Both the position numbers and the translations under genes were made by a program. Of a stretch of DNA of 9,250 nucleotides, positions 1 to 8,366 are shown piece after piece (positions within the stretch are counted from its first letter, which is position 1; each line of letters begins with the position of its first letter). The notes under the pieces are model-generated. The model was given only the letters and a program-made list of their open reading frames with translations. It was not told the DNA's origin and made no database searches. Source of the DNA: Octopus sinensis (taxonomy: Eukaryota); assembly GCF_006345805.1 (NCBI RefSeq), contig NW_021828024.1, forward strand, positions 1-9,250, in the 5' to 3' direction.

Positions 1-10
1 TTTATTATAA

Positions 11-394
11 CTAGCAGTATCGCCCGGCGTTGCTCGGGTTTGTTTTGACCCGCTGGAATTGGAATTTTTGAAAAGTAAAAATTTTGCATTATATAGCTTG
101 TTATTCTCTTCAAGTGAACATTTTTCTGGTTGAAATACACCGAAAAGTGGCGACACAGCAGTGAAAAAATCGTAAAAAATATGGATTTTTATAGAAAAAA
201 GCATCTTTTTGATGTAAATAATTTTTGGTGTTAACATGGTCCGATGTGAATTTTATCTTCTACGGAAGGAAGAGCAACCCTTCTATCATACTGTCAATTT
301 TGGTAAACTTGCGCCGCAAGGTCTCGGAGGAGATAGTGTTAGTTGAAGGCTACCAAACTTGCCGCACACAGACAACTTCAGCTTTATAGAGAGA
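11..394 (-). mobile_element. Non-autonomous Helitron, apparently full length (384 bp)
   Basis: The minus strand starts A|TCTCTCTATAAAGCTG (5' TC at 394-393, host A at 395) and ends CCCGAGCAACGCCGGG-CGATACTG-CTAG|T. The GC-rich hairpin is at 23-38, CTAG at 14-11 and host T at 10. TC...hairpin-CTRR termini, an A|T target and no TSD are the canonical Helitron signature. No RepHel coding capacity. Confidence 0.85.
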
Positions 395-395
395 T

Positions 396-594
396 AACAC
401 ACACGCATTAATACACACCACCCCACACACACACACACACACACACACACCCACACACATGTATGTATGTATGGATGTTTGTTTATATATGTACATCTGT
501 CCACTTCTTGCCATATTTTTTATCCTTCACTTCCTACACCACACACCACACTCTCACACACACACACACACGCACGCACACATACACACACACA
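396..594. repeat. Imperfect (CA)n / (TATG)n microsatellite cluster
   Basis: CA runs at ~397-456 and ~536-594, with a short TATG run between them. Confidence 0.9.
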
Positions 595-1136
595 CCTTCT
601 TAGCTTACAATTTCTTTCTTTCAACAATTGACAACTGAAGTATGCTCGCCAATGAATACTACCAAAAGTTAGCGACAGATCTCTGTTTCCTTTTTTTTTT
701 TAGGCTTGATTTAAGCATTAATAAGAGAAAGTAGCAGAATGTGTGATATTGAATAAGAGTTGCAGAAAGAGGGTATGATAGTGGTATACACTTGCAAAGA
801 GAAAGTAGGAGAAAGTTTGGTAATAGCAGGATAAAGCATTTGAAATGAGAGAGGCAAATCGTAAAATATTGAGTTTTTCTCGAATTTTTGCTTAATTGGG
901 GGTGAAATTGAAAAAAATGTATATGCCATGACCCAATCGAATCTACTTGGAAAAATCATAGGTAAATTCCAATTGAATAAATTCTATATTGTAGAATTGT
1001 ATTAAAAAGAAACATAGTCACAGGCAGAGAAAATCTGCCTTTTATCATAAGAGATGCAACAAAACACCATGGAGGTATCGGCGTAAGCTTAAATAATAAA
1101 TCGGGATAGATGAACCGCGATATGATGAAGGATCAC

Positions 1137-1138
<2 letters not shown>

Positions 1139-1219
<81 letters not shown>

Positions 1220-1227
1220 ACACACAA
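1139..1227. repeat. Compound (TA)n(CA)n microsatellite
   Basis: TA run at 1139-1167 followed by a CA run from 1170 to ~1227. Confidence 0.95.
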
Positions 1228-1241
1228 CATATATCTCTTAA

Positions 1242-1680
1242 AGAGATGAAGTGCAAGAACCAAGAAATTCGTCTCGTTTGTCGATGTTTTCTTTTATAGT
1301 GGTCTGAATGAGCAACGATTTAATGCATGATAAGGAAGATACTGATCTATGTTCTTTGGATACGAAATATAGAACTTTTACCAACCATGTAGAAAACTTG
1401 GAATCTTGAACAAGACTACTTTTTGTAGATGTAGAACACTTCAGGGTTTGTCCAACGCTCCGATTCTATCAAATAATTCTTCCATTAATGTCGTCACAAT
1501 GGGTCACAACATACACCATTATTCATGCATACAACGTTAAAAATGGTGTAGGACAAGTGCACAATTCTGTTTTAACCTTATGCAATAAATATGTGAACAA
1601 GTATTAAAAATTTATAAAACAAAATACAAATAATTGCAGAAAATACTTAACAGTTTATAGAAAAAAACTGGGACGTACTG
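1242..1680 (+). pseudogene. Decayed MULE (Mutator-like) DDE transposase fragment
   Basis: One + frame (codons at 1323, 1326, ...) has only about 3 stops over ~145 codons. It reads ...VENLES*TRLLFVDVEHFRVCPTLRFYQI...YTIIHAYNV...VLTLCNKYVNKY*KFIKQ. This resembles the MULE first catalytic-Asp block as I recall it (nL..L....vDGTFk.cP..FyQl.tiHa...Ll.nK...Y). FVD is at 1422-1430, FYQI at 1464-1475 and IHAY at 1521-1532. No TIRs or TSD found. Confidence 0.45.
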
Positions 1681-1689
1681 TTGTTACCA

Positions 1690-4060
1690 GTGTGTAACAT
1701 CATCCCCTTTCTTTTATTTCTATGCTTTTCGAGATCCGCTGTATCAAAAAGCCCAAATGTAGCTTTTGATATCACAAGCGTTGCAATTGGGCTTTCTGCC
1801 CTGAATAATTCTTTCCATGAGACATTCCTACACTCTTGACAGTTCTTTGATGTAGTTTTGCAATATTAACACATGTAAGCTCACTGAACCCTACACAGTC
1901 ACATGTCATTCTTGTACATTTGCACACTCACCAGCTGCCCATACTATACCACAAAGATGACGTCAAGCCAAAGGTAAAGGCTATTGATAATACCTTTGAT
2001 TCTGACGCTCATATTTCGTTGGCACAAATATTGTATTACCTATGATGGCCTACGTTTTCGCTTCGTCCCTAGTTTTAAAAACAGATACCCAGTTTCTTAG
2101 CTTTTTCTTCGGCCTATGGACACATTATTGCATCACACGCCAGTTAGAGATGGCTCTAATTGTTTTCTCGAGAGCAGAGGAATCCACTGTATTATTTAAA
2201 ATATAAAAATATCTAAAAATGTCCAGTATAGATGCATTTATTGTAATTACAATATTTCGCCAAGTAGTTATCTTCTTGGACATTTTATACATACTCTGAA
2301 TTTCTCTTTCGTTTTAAGCCTGGATATTTTCCAGCTGTTTCATGTCTTTTATCTCAGTGTTTTGATAACGTGTTCTATTATTGAGACTGTGAAGAGTTGA
2401 ACTCACCTAAAATCTATTCTGAATATAATCTCCTGACAAAAGTAACTTTACTGGTTATGGCATAATTCTCGCATCATCATTCTTTAGACACGAATGTTCT
2501 TATATACCCACAGTCTATTTGTAAAAGTGTATTGACAATACATTAACATGTGAGCCAATCTACCTAATGAAAGGATAAATTTTGATGATAAGTTGTAGTT
2601 GCTACACAAGATCTTATCTTATGGTTAGACCTTGAGTAATCTGCACGATGGATTGATATTAAGAGTAGCATTTGGATCCTCATAGACAATATATTCGCTT
2701 GAAAACAATTGTTTACTAGTAAATTTATCCTTAAGTTCACAAGGCACAGATCCCTACCTTTGTATACCAGTGGATGGTGCATATGTTCAAGGTCACTGAA
2801 TTTTCTAATTTTACTAATTTCTGTTTCTAGATAACATTACAGTCCATCGTTAGAGGGAGTATGTCTACGTTTAGAATTATTAATGTGAACATCAGTGTTA
2901 CATTTCTGGTACGATATCTCATTTCTAACTTAAATGACCCGAGAGAAAATCTGCACAGCTTGATAATTGATTCGATGGACTCAGAGGAGCAAACATACCA
3001 AGTGATCTGTAAGCAGATATTAGTACTACATTAATTTGAGAATATGTATCACGTTAATGTCCTACAGGTGTTTGGTTCAAACCACGATGAACATTTATAA
3101 ACACTGATCTATGATCACGTACAATATTTGGTTTATTAACAACATAAGTACAGTGACTTGCTGAAATTTCTTTGCCTTTATTTCCTTTATTTTCATCACA
3201 AGAGTAAGAAGGAGATAAAGGATCTTTATTTACTGCAATGGTTTCATGAATTTGGTAAGGCTTTCCTCTCTAGCACAATGCAGTGAAATGACTGATTGAG
3301 GCATTTACACTATTTACTTCATTCTGGGCAAACTACCTTCTGCATGTTTCCTTTTTATTTTTCATAGCCTCAGTTATTGCATAACAACTTTTCTCAATGC
3401 TGCATAATTGCTGTGACTTGGCTCAGTTCAAAATACAGGAACAGTGATTATTGTCAGGCAGTTCACTTCGGCAACCAGTCCTCATTTTATGTGTTCATTT
3501 CTGATATCCACATCGTCCTCAATATGTCGGAATACCGTCTCTTTTGTACATCCATTCTGCGGGTATTAATGGCTTTGTTAAAGATGAATGGTATTACTTA
3601 GTATAATTTATGCCCTGTCCTATTGAATTTTGATTTGATTTTGTCTAGTTGGTGTCAAACAAGTTACCGAATTGGTTTCAAGTTTTGGCAAAAGGTCAGC
3701 GGGTATGGGGGAGAGGTTAAGTCGATTACATCGACCCCAATGTTTAATTGATATTTATTTTATGGATCTCAAAAGGATGAGCCAGCCTCTGCAAAATTTG
3801 AACTCAGAACGTAAAGACAGACGAAATGCTGTTAAGTATCTTGCCCAGCGCTCTAACGGTTCTGCCAATTTGCCACCTTTAAATGTATCATCATATTGAC
3901 ATCCTTGGCTTAAAGCCATATTTTTATGAAAAACAGTTGATTTTGAACTTCATTGCAAAACAAAGAATTCGGAAACAATTTCAACTCGTCAAACCAGCTG
4001 TCTATCAAATATAGTCAATTCCCTGTGCATATGAAGAAAAGGTGTATTTGTAAAATTCGT
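1690..4060 (-). mobile_element. Decayed Academ-like (AcademX-type) DNA transposon ORF: transposase C-terminal part + XPG/FEN1-like nuclease + Cys8 finger; many stops and frameshifts; interrupted by a SINE
   Basis: Hand translation gives collinear motif remnants: ELTIFDRQL (4021-3995), VFHKNM (3934-3917), FNRTGHKLY (3627-3601), a ~183-codon frame with only 4 stops (3479-2929), NDGL*CYLETEISKIRKFSDL (2851-2789), YIVYED (2693-2676), LCSNYNLSSKFIL (from 2609), KNDDARIM (2484-2461), QSMYKMSKKITTW (2298-2260) and FVPTKYERQNQRYYQ (2028-1984). An 8-Cys cluster CKC-x4-CDC-x7-C..[fs]C-x6-CQEC lies at 1924-1830. The order matches my recollection of Academ proteins (TFD..FH..M..GH..Y...DG..VFD..SN..NK..EAD..GK..W..PPT..YQ..Cys8). 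Each motif alone is weak and the termini were not located. Confidence 0.55.
3671..3877 (-). mobile_element. tRNA-derived SINE (octopus-type)
   Basis: The minus strand begins GGTGGCAAATTGGCAGAACCGTTAG, with A-box-like TGGCAGAACCG (3867-3857) and B-box-like GAGTTCAAATT (3805-3795). It continues TCATCCTTT...TGGGGTCGATGTAATCGACTTAACC...GAAACCA, which I recognise as an octopus SINE body. No clear TSD. Confidence 0.75.
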
Positions 4061-4231
4061 GTTTGAGATGAAAATTACTGACAAAAAGATAGCGATATGC
4101 TTTAGTAAGAATATTTTCTTAACTTAGAATATGTGATATTGATACAGAGAAAAGGCAAGCAGGTGAATAGAGCTTAAATATTCGGAAGTGGTAAGCAGCT
4201 TGTTGGTTCAGAGGAGATCGATTTATCAAAG

Positions 4232-4275
<44 letters not shown>

Positions 4276-4329
4276 GTTGTAGCAGCAGCAGCAACAGCAA
4301 CAGCAGTAGTAGTAGTAGTAGTAGTCGTA
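4232..4329. repeat. Compound trinucleotide microsatellite (CAT)14 followed by CAG/CAA and TAG runs
   Basis: (CAT)14 at 4232-4273, then mixed CAG/CAA units, then a TAG run to ~4329. Confidence 0.95.
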
Positions 4330-4412
4330 GTGTTTGTAGAGAGAGTGCTAATGGCTACAGTATGTTGTTGAGTGAATATTTTCAATCAATCATTTTAATG
4401 TAGTTTACAATT

Positions 4413-4537
4413 TGTGTGTGTGTATGTGTTTGCGTGTGTGTGTGTGTTCGTGAATTCGCGTGTGTGAGAGAGATAGACTAAGAGAGAGACAGAGAGAAGG
4501 AGGGAGAGACAGAAGGAAGGAGAGAGAGAAGGAGAGA
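4413..4537. repeat. Imperfect (TG)n followed by an AG-rich simple repeat
   Basis: TG run at ~4413-4466 and GA/AG-rich tract at ~4467-4537. Confidence 0.85.
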
Positions 4538-4574
4538 TAATGATAGAGACATTACTCAAGAACGGAATGCCAGA

Positions 4575-4650
4575 CTGTCACAGACTTACTCATTTACAGG
4601 TGAGTGGGCTAGAGCAACCTGAAATGAAGCGGTTAACTAAAAAACAGTTG
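4575..4650 (-). mobile_element. Possible SINE central (CORE-like) fragment
   Basis: TACTCATTTACAGGTGAGTGGGCTAGAGCAACCTGAAATGAAG resembles the reverse complement of a SINE core segment common in octopus DNA (from memory). Short and diverged. Confidence 0.35.
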
Positions 4651-4659
4651 CTCTCGCGA

Positions 4660-4900
4660 ACCAAAATAAAATTTGGGATTTGCGGAGGGTCAAAGTTGTT
4701 AACAAAAACATGTGTTTTTTGAAGCCTCATGTTGTCGCTAATTGCTCAAAATGTGGAGTAGATGAACAGCCGACAACTGATGAAGGGTCATTCTTTATGT
4801 TACTTGTCTTGTTTTCCATTTATTTCTCTCGTTGTTCGCATACCCAGTTTGTCTTTGTATTTCATGTTGTTTATGTTTTCTGACGTCCTGTACCCATGTA
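4660..4900 (+). repeat. Unclassified interspersed repeat carrying a CTGATGA hammerhead-like half-motif (possibly derived from a Penelope pLTR)
   Basis: GACAA-CTGATGA-AGGG...TTGTC at 4772-4808, followed by a T-rich tract and a (TA/TATG)n tail. Boundaries are approximate. Confidence 0.35.
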
Positions 4901-5012
4901 TGCATATATATGTATACATATGTATGTAAGTATGTACATGCATATATGCATATACTTTCTTTATATTATTATATATGTATGTATATAAATATATATGTAC
5001 ACATAAATATAT
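4898..5012. repeat. Degenerate (TA)/(TATG) simple repeat
   Basis: Directly visible TA/TATG low-complexity tract. Confidence 0.8.
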
Positions 5013-5188
5013 ATCTATATATAATTCCAAGAAAGTTAGGGGCTGTGGGTCCAACCCATTAAGGGATAATATCTATCTAATATACTGTTGGTATAATACT
5101 CAGTTATTAATACACAAATGGTTTTTATTGCATATTAAATGGGTGATGGTAAAGAGATATTTTACCACTACCATTTTCTTATTTGCAC

Positions 5189-5196
5189 TATATATA

Positions 5197-5243
<47 letters not shown>

Positions 5244-5252
5244 ATATATTAT
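5189..5252. repeat. Degenerate (TA)n microsatellite
   Basis: TA run with occasional AA/TT interruptions. Confidence 0.9.
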
Positions 5253-5584
5253 AAGATACGACCACACGCCTACGCGTACAAGTTCACACAACTCATACTC
5301 TCACCGGCCTTACTGCTGTCACATCCAAATAGATTGACGCCATCAGTTTCCTGTCCAACAAAGCAGCCAAAGAAAATCTTTCTGAGGAAATCAGTTCGCT
5401 AAGGAATTGACATTATTCGTTATAATACCATGTGACCCTCCTTGACAAATAGTAGCCTATCGTCTGGTAGCCAACATGCACTTCCTGGATGTCACTATTT
5501 GCCATTCCAGAAGCCCGAAGGAGTCGGGCTTCCATTAGAGGCCTGCAAAACTTGAGATAGCACGAAACCGAATCAAACTGTTTT

Positions 5585-5590
<6 letters not shown>

Positions 5591-5638
<48 letters not shown>
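5591..5638. repeat. (CA)15(TA)9 compound microsatellite
   Basis: CA at 5591-5620 and TA at 5621-5638, directly abutting the SINE 5' end. Confidence 0.95.
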
Positions 5639-6100
<462 letters not shown>

Positions 6101-6107
6101 ATATATG

Positions 6108-6168
6108 TACACACACACACACTCACACACACACACACACACACACACACCACACACACACACACACA
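6108..6168. repeat. Imperfect (CA)n microsatellite
   Basis: Directly visible. Confidence 0.95.
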
Positions 6169-6635
6169 ACAAGCTTAATATGGCTGTAAGCTAAGGAAGA
6201 AACCTGAAAACAATACACCTATATTTTACGTTGCTATAATTTACCAAATCTTTTATCTAGTAAGTTAAGTCATTGTTTCTTTTTACTTGCTACTTAAACA
6301 AATACAAAACCTCAAAAGAATTAGGACATGATTTCTAGATAATAAAAAAAAAAGTCTGTTAATTACATAAATACAGAAAGGGTTTATATTCAGAGAACAA
6401 AGCAGTCTCTCGTAAATATATTTAGTGGACAGCTATCGGTACATCTAGAATTTTAAAAAATTCTACATTTCTATTGCAATTTATGGTCCTTCGTAAAACT
6501 ATTCGGTGAACAAGGAAATGAATGAATTGGTCTAACGTTTTGTTTTCCCTCTTTTTATGTAGGGAGGTCCAAGTGTGATCTGTAGCTTATTTGTTTGATT
6601 TTTATTTCTTTTCAAAGGATGAAAATCAAATCGTT

Positions 6636-6666
6636 ACACACACACACACACATACACACACACACA
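6636..6666. repeat. (CA)n microsatellite
   Basis: Directly visible. Confidence 0.95.
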
Positions 6667-6721
6667 TGGAGTAGTTACAGTGAAGTATTGTGTGATGTTA
6701 CAGATAAGAAATTTGATGGGT

Positions 6722-6801
6722 AAGGTCGGAACAATGCGAGATGAGATTCGAAATAAGCAAAAAAACAACAACAAAAAAACAAAAAAAAAAACAAGGTCGG
6801 A
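6722..6801 (+). mobile_element. Short A-tailed insertion (62 bp) flanked by a 9-bp direct repeat AAGGTCGGA
   Basis: AAGGTCGGA at 6722-6730 and 6793-6801 flanks 28 nt of unique sequence (6731-6758) plus a 34-nt A-rich tract (6759-6792). Confidence 0.55.
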
Positions 6802-6807
6802 GTTCTA

Positions 6808-6857
6808 ACTCATATTTCTATATTTCGGGGTTATACCTGACTCTTCAGGACATGAAC
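6808..6857 (-). ncRNA. Decayed minimal type I hammerhead-ribozyme-like motif at the PLE end
   Basis: GUUCAUGUC-CUGAAGA-GUCAGGUAUAACCCC-GAAA-UAUA-GAAAUAUGAGU. Both core strands are intact. Helix I has an AA bulge and three G-U pairs, helix II is disrupted, and AUAU is a palindrome at helix III. Confidence 0.45.
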
Positions 6858-7198
6858 AAGCGAGGGATGGAAAAAAAATCGTTGCTCAGATGTGTGGTGG
6901 AGGACGGTAACATGCGCAGACTAGTGTTGTTAAGTAACCAGTCTGCTTCATGTTGCTCTTCTATTTTGAAAGTTGGTTTCAATTTATTGATAAGGAGGAC
7001 CTCCTTGATTCTCAAATTGGCTCAATTGCGTTGCGTGGCCTTGATGGAAGTCGTGAAATCCTGGGTATGGCTGTTCTCTTGGTATTTTTTGCTCGAGGTG
7101 TCCGTGCGCATGTATTCCTTGAGACGAGCGTGCAGTTTTCTAGTCGTGCTCCCCACGTAAGATGTTCTACATTTACTGAAGACCACCTGGTACACCAC
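6845..7198 (-). pseudogene. GIY-YIG endonuclease domain of the PLE ORF (one internal stop)
   Basis: VVYQVVFSKCRTSYVGSTTRKLHARLKEYMRTDTSSKKYQENSHTQDFTTSIKATQRN*ANLRIKEVLLINKLKPTFK...MS*. It has VVY-x10-YVG (7198-7151), conserved Arg/Glu (RL.E, IKE) and the L.I.E...I...P motif. Internal TGA at 7024-7022; terminal TGA at 6847-6845. Confidence 0.8.
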
Positions 7199-7845
7199 AT
7201 AAACCTTCGGGTATATTTTGAAGTAGTTGAGGGAGCATTTAGATGGTATGGACCCCTACTATACTATCTGTGTCATCATTTCGAGACACAGATTTCCTCG
7301 GGTACGAGCCGGTTTGCACTGAGGTGTTTTTGCCTGTTGGGGTTTGAAATAGAGGATTCGCACGTCATTTCATGACCAAAGGCTATGGAAGAATGAGCAG
7401 AAGAATGGCCAGAAGATCCATCAAATACAATGTAGAGTCTCCTGAATGTGAATCTAGATGGCTCTGATGAAAAGAAGTGACCTGTGGTGTCAGCTGAATA
7501 CTTGTGGGGCGCAGATCTAGGCTTGACCACCCTAGATTATGTCACCTGCAATAGCGTGTAAGTTGCAAAACCCGTAACACTCAGTGACTCCAGGATCCAA
7601 CAGTGATGATTTGTCTCGGTAACGCAACTGTAAATGTATGTAAAGCTGATATAAACTTTTCCTTCAGTAGTATAGTATGGAAATTCTGAAAATTTTTGGA
7701 TTCTTCACTCTCAGTGAGTGTCGGTCGCAGTTGCAACACGGTGTTTGTTTACCTTCTCTCGAAGGCAACTTGATTGCAATAACTCCACTGGGTACTCTGA
7801 GGTAATTTCTCTTAGGTTATTTTTGTTTGAACTACACTTATACGT

Positions 7846-7917
7846 ACGCACGCACACACGCACACATACACAAACAACACACACACACAAACATAAAATC
7901 TCACTCTTTCTCGCTCT

Positions 7918-7962
<45 letters not shown>

Positions 7963-8062
7963 CACATTCTGTGTATGCTTGTGTGTGAGTGTATATATAT
8001 ATGTATGTTGTATGTATGTATGTATGTATGTATATGTATGTAGGTATGTATGATTGTATGTC

Positions 8063-8098
<36 letters not shown>

Positions 8099-8126
8099 AT
8101 ATAGATTATTATATAATATATTATAG

Positions 8127-8159
<33 letters not shown>

Positions 8160-8163
8160 ATAT
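7846..8163. repeat. Microsatellite cluster: CA-rich, (TA)~19, TG/(TATG)n, degenerate (TA)n
   Basis: CA-rich at 7846-7893, TA at 7920-7958, TG/TATG at 7974-8060, TA-rich at 8064-8163. Confidence 0.9.
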
Positions 8164-8350
8164 AACGGGAAGCTTTATGAAAATAGACAAAAGACGAAGG
8201 CAGTGTGGAATACAAACAAACAATTGTATTAGTATGGCGCTCAGGAATGTAAATAAAACAAGTCTTTTACGTTTCGAGCCTACGCTCTTCAACAGAAAGA
8301 TACGCAGAAAGAAACACTGAGATAAACAAAGAGAGAAAAAAAATGCGTGA
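8164..8350 (-). repeat. Short non-coding interspersed repeat carrying a hammerhead-like motif (probably derived from a PLE pLTR)
   Basis: A ~190-bp segment between (TA)n and (AG)n tracts that contains the motif at 8263-8300. It resembles a common octopus repeat (from memory). Boundaries are approximate. Confidence 0.5.
8263..8300 (-). ncRNA. Minimal type I hammerhead-ribozyme-like motif with variant core CUGUUGA
   Basis: UCUUU-CUGUUGA-A-GAGC-GUAG-GCUC-GAAA-C-GU-A-AAAGA. Helix I is 5 perfect bp (UCUUU/AAAGA), helix II is 4 perfect bp (GAGC/GCUC, loop GUAG), ACGU is a palindrome at helix III, and the GUA triplet is at 8270-8268. Deviations: A6 to U, and one extra A after A9. Confidence 0.6.
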
Positions 8351-8366
8351 AATATTTTCTTTATGA

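Larger units (their letters stand above)
6800..7845 (-). mobile_element. 5'-truncated Penelope-like retroelement (PLE) remnant
   Basis: On the minus strand, in order: a possible post-RT segment (YKCSSNKNNLREITSEYPVELL from ~7845), a Cys-containing linker (CKPARTRGNLC), the GIY-YIG domain (7198 downward) and a CTGAAGA...CCGAAA terminal motif (6848-6823). No RT catalytic core is seen; the left end on the minus strand runs into a CA/TA microsatellite. Confidence 0.75.

Noticed and set aside
286-504. 72-aa minus-strand ORF
   Set aside because: It is built from the CA microsatellite (VCVC) running into the Helitron 5' end, with no protein-like content.
691-703. T11 + AG acceptor-like site
   Set aside because: No convincing downstream exon or donor; poly-T + AG is common in this composition.
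760-1140. Possible FLYWCH / N-terminal MULE region (KHSH near 1010)
   Set aside because: No W/C/H motif could be assembled in any frame, so support is too weak.
3377-3899. + strand ORFs 3377-3601 and 3672-3899
   Set aside because: They are antisense to the Academ-like remnant and the SINE and have no recognisable domains.
4119-4403. Poly-T/D and poly-I/S ORFs
   Set aside because: These are translations of the trinucleotide microsatellite with no splice or coding context.
5142-5172. Imperfect inverted repeat GGTGATGGTAAA / TTTACCACTACC in a possible 5010-5190 repeat
   Set aside because: It has two mismatches and no TIR/TSD or ribozyme core; the element could not be defined.
6741-7375. + strand ORFs of 139 and 141 aa
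   Set aside because: They are antisense shadows of the PLE GIY-YIG frame, one starting in the A-tract.
7176-7470. Other CTGANGA heptamers (CTGAAGA ~7176, CTGATGA ~7464; also CTGAGGA ~5382)
   Set aside because: No helix II + GAAA + helix I arrangement follows any of them.
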